This document shows, one piece after another, positions 63,368 through 64,000 of a stretch of DNA of 64,000 nt. The notes under the pieces were generated by a model, which was not told the DNA's origin, ran no database searches, and saw only the letters and a list, made by a program, of their open reading frames with translations. The position numbers were made by a program, and so were the translations under genes. The DNA is from a virus. The stretch is taken from the IMG/VR virus record IMGVR_UViG_3300046519_000190, positions 1 to 64,000 of that record, one strand, 5' to 3'. The stretch's first letter is position 1. Each line of letters opens with the position of its first letter.

Positions 63368-64000
63368 CTATTGGGAGAGAACTGCCGCACGGCGAAGCAG
63401 ATCATTGCCGGTCTTGGGGAATGCGAACATGACCTGATCGCGGGTGATTTGGTTCTTGTCCATGATCGTGGAGAGCACACCTTCCGGCATGTTCGAACGC
63501 TTGATCTTGGTGAACAGGAAATTCAGGTAGTCGATCTGCTCCGGGCCTTCCTGAAAGTTGTCGGTGTTGAATGCTTCGTGGGCTGCGTAAAACGTGCTGT
63601 GAGACGTGCGGGCTACCCAACGCTCAACAACGTACTCGACCAGTGACGGAAGCCCTTGTAGGTGCTCTGGGACCGTTCTGGTGTACATCTGCGAGCTGCT
63701 GGGCAAGAAGTGCATGCGGGCTTTGTCGGCAAACAGCATTGCGTGCTCGCAATAGAAGTCATACGGACACCCAATGCGGTCTGCCATCTGACGACCCTTC
63801 CAAAAACCAGTGATCGAGCGAGCGTCCAGTTCGAAGATGCAAGCCTTCTTCAAGCCTTTCATGTTCAAACCCATCCACAGGTCTGTACGCCGGCTGACAG
63901 CACGCTTGAGAGCCGCAGCATAGTGCTGAGCGTAGAGCTGGGTTGCTTGGGTGGGGTGCAGGAACCGGTAGTCCCAGAACTTGGTCTTATTGAGCTCCGC
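63368..64000 (-). CDS. hypothetical protein, 5' end outside the window
   Basis: Frame appears to stay open to the window edge. Confidence 0.7.
   Translation of the reverse strand, partial: AELNKTKFWDYRFLHPTQATQLYAQHYAAALKRAVSRRTDLWMGLNMKGLKKACIFELDARSITGFWKGRQMADRIGCPYDFYCEHAMLFADKARMHFLPSSSQMYTRTVPEHLQGLPSLVEYVVERWVARTSHSTFYAAHEAFNTDNFQEGPEQIDYLNFLFTKIKRSNMPEGVLSTIMDKNQITRDQVMFAFPKTGNDLLRRAAVLSQ

Noticed and set aside
1-64000. tRNA genes, integrase, structural genes, introns or inteins
   Set aside because: None recognised by eye, and the core enzymes have normal uninterrupted lengths. tRNAscan-SE or Infernal would be needed to exclude RNAs formally.
1-64000. Apparent scarcity of some 6-bp palindromes (CTGCAG, CTCGAG, GGATCC)
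   Set aside because: An impression only; I cannot count reliably without a k-mer observed/expected computation.

Overview
This window is the early/middle (non-structural) part of a large dsDNA tailed phage or phage-plasmid. A Pseudomonas-like gammaproteobacterial host is an inference from GC content and codon style. The gene set resembles what I recall of SSU5/pHCM2-type elements and Pseudomonas phage nickie, but I could not check this. All credible genes lie on the minus strand; the long plus-strand ORFs are antisense shadows. About 1-26 kb holds roughly 65 small, mostly hypothetical genes, including a T7 gp0.7-like kinase, a DnaQ exonuclease, an HNH protein and an HD-like protein. About 26-64 kb holds nucleotide metabolism genes (NTPase/kinase, NUDIX, DHFR, ThyA, NrdAB) and replication/recombination genes (RuvC, SbcCD, RecA, 5'-3' exonuclease, gp32-like SSB, UvsY-like protein, DnaE fused to a UDG-like domain, CobS/CobT-like AAA+/vWA pair, ligase, primase, DnaB), plus a phage Hfq homolog. 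Two window-wide patterns stand out. (1) 16-17 otherwise unrelated proteins end in the same C-terminal motif, hydrophobic-G-x-[F/W]-(A/S/G/E), which suggests an undescribed tag or docking system. (2) About 25 operon starts share a promoter-like element, CC-N8-CC-N13-(-10 hexamer), with helically phased CC pairs instead of a -35 box. Several CDS starts were trimmed from the ORF track to the more plausible coupled or RBS-bearing start.
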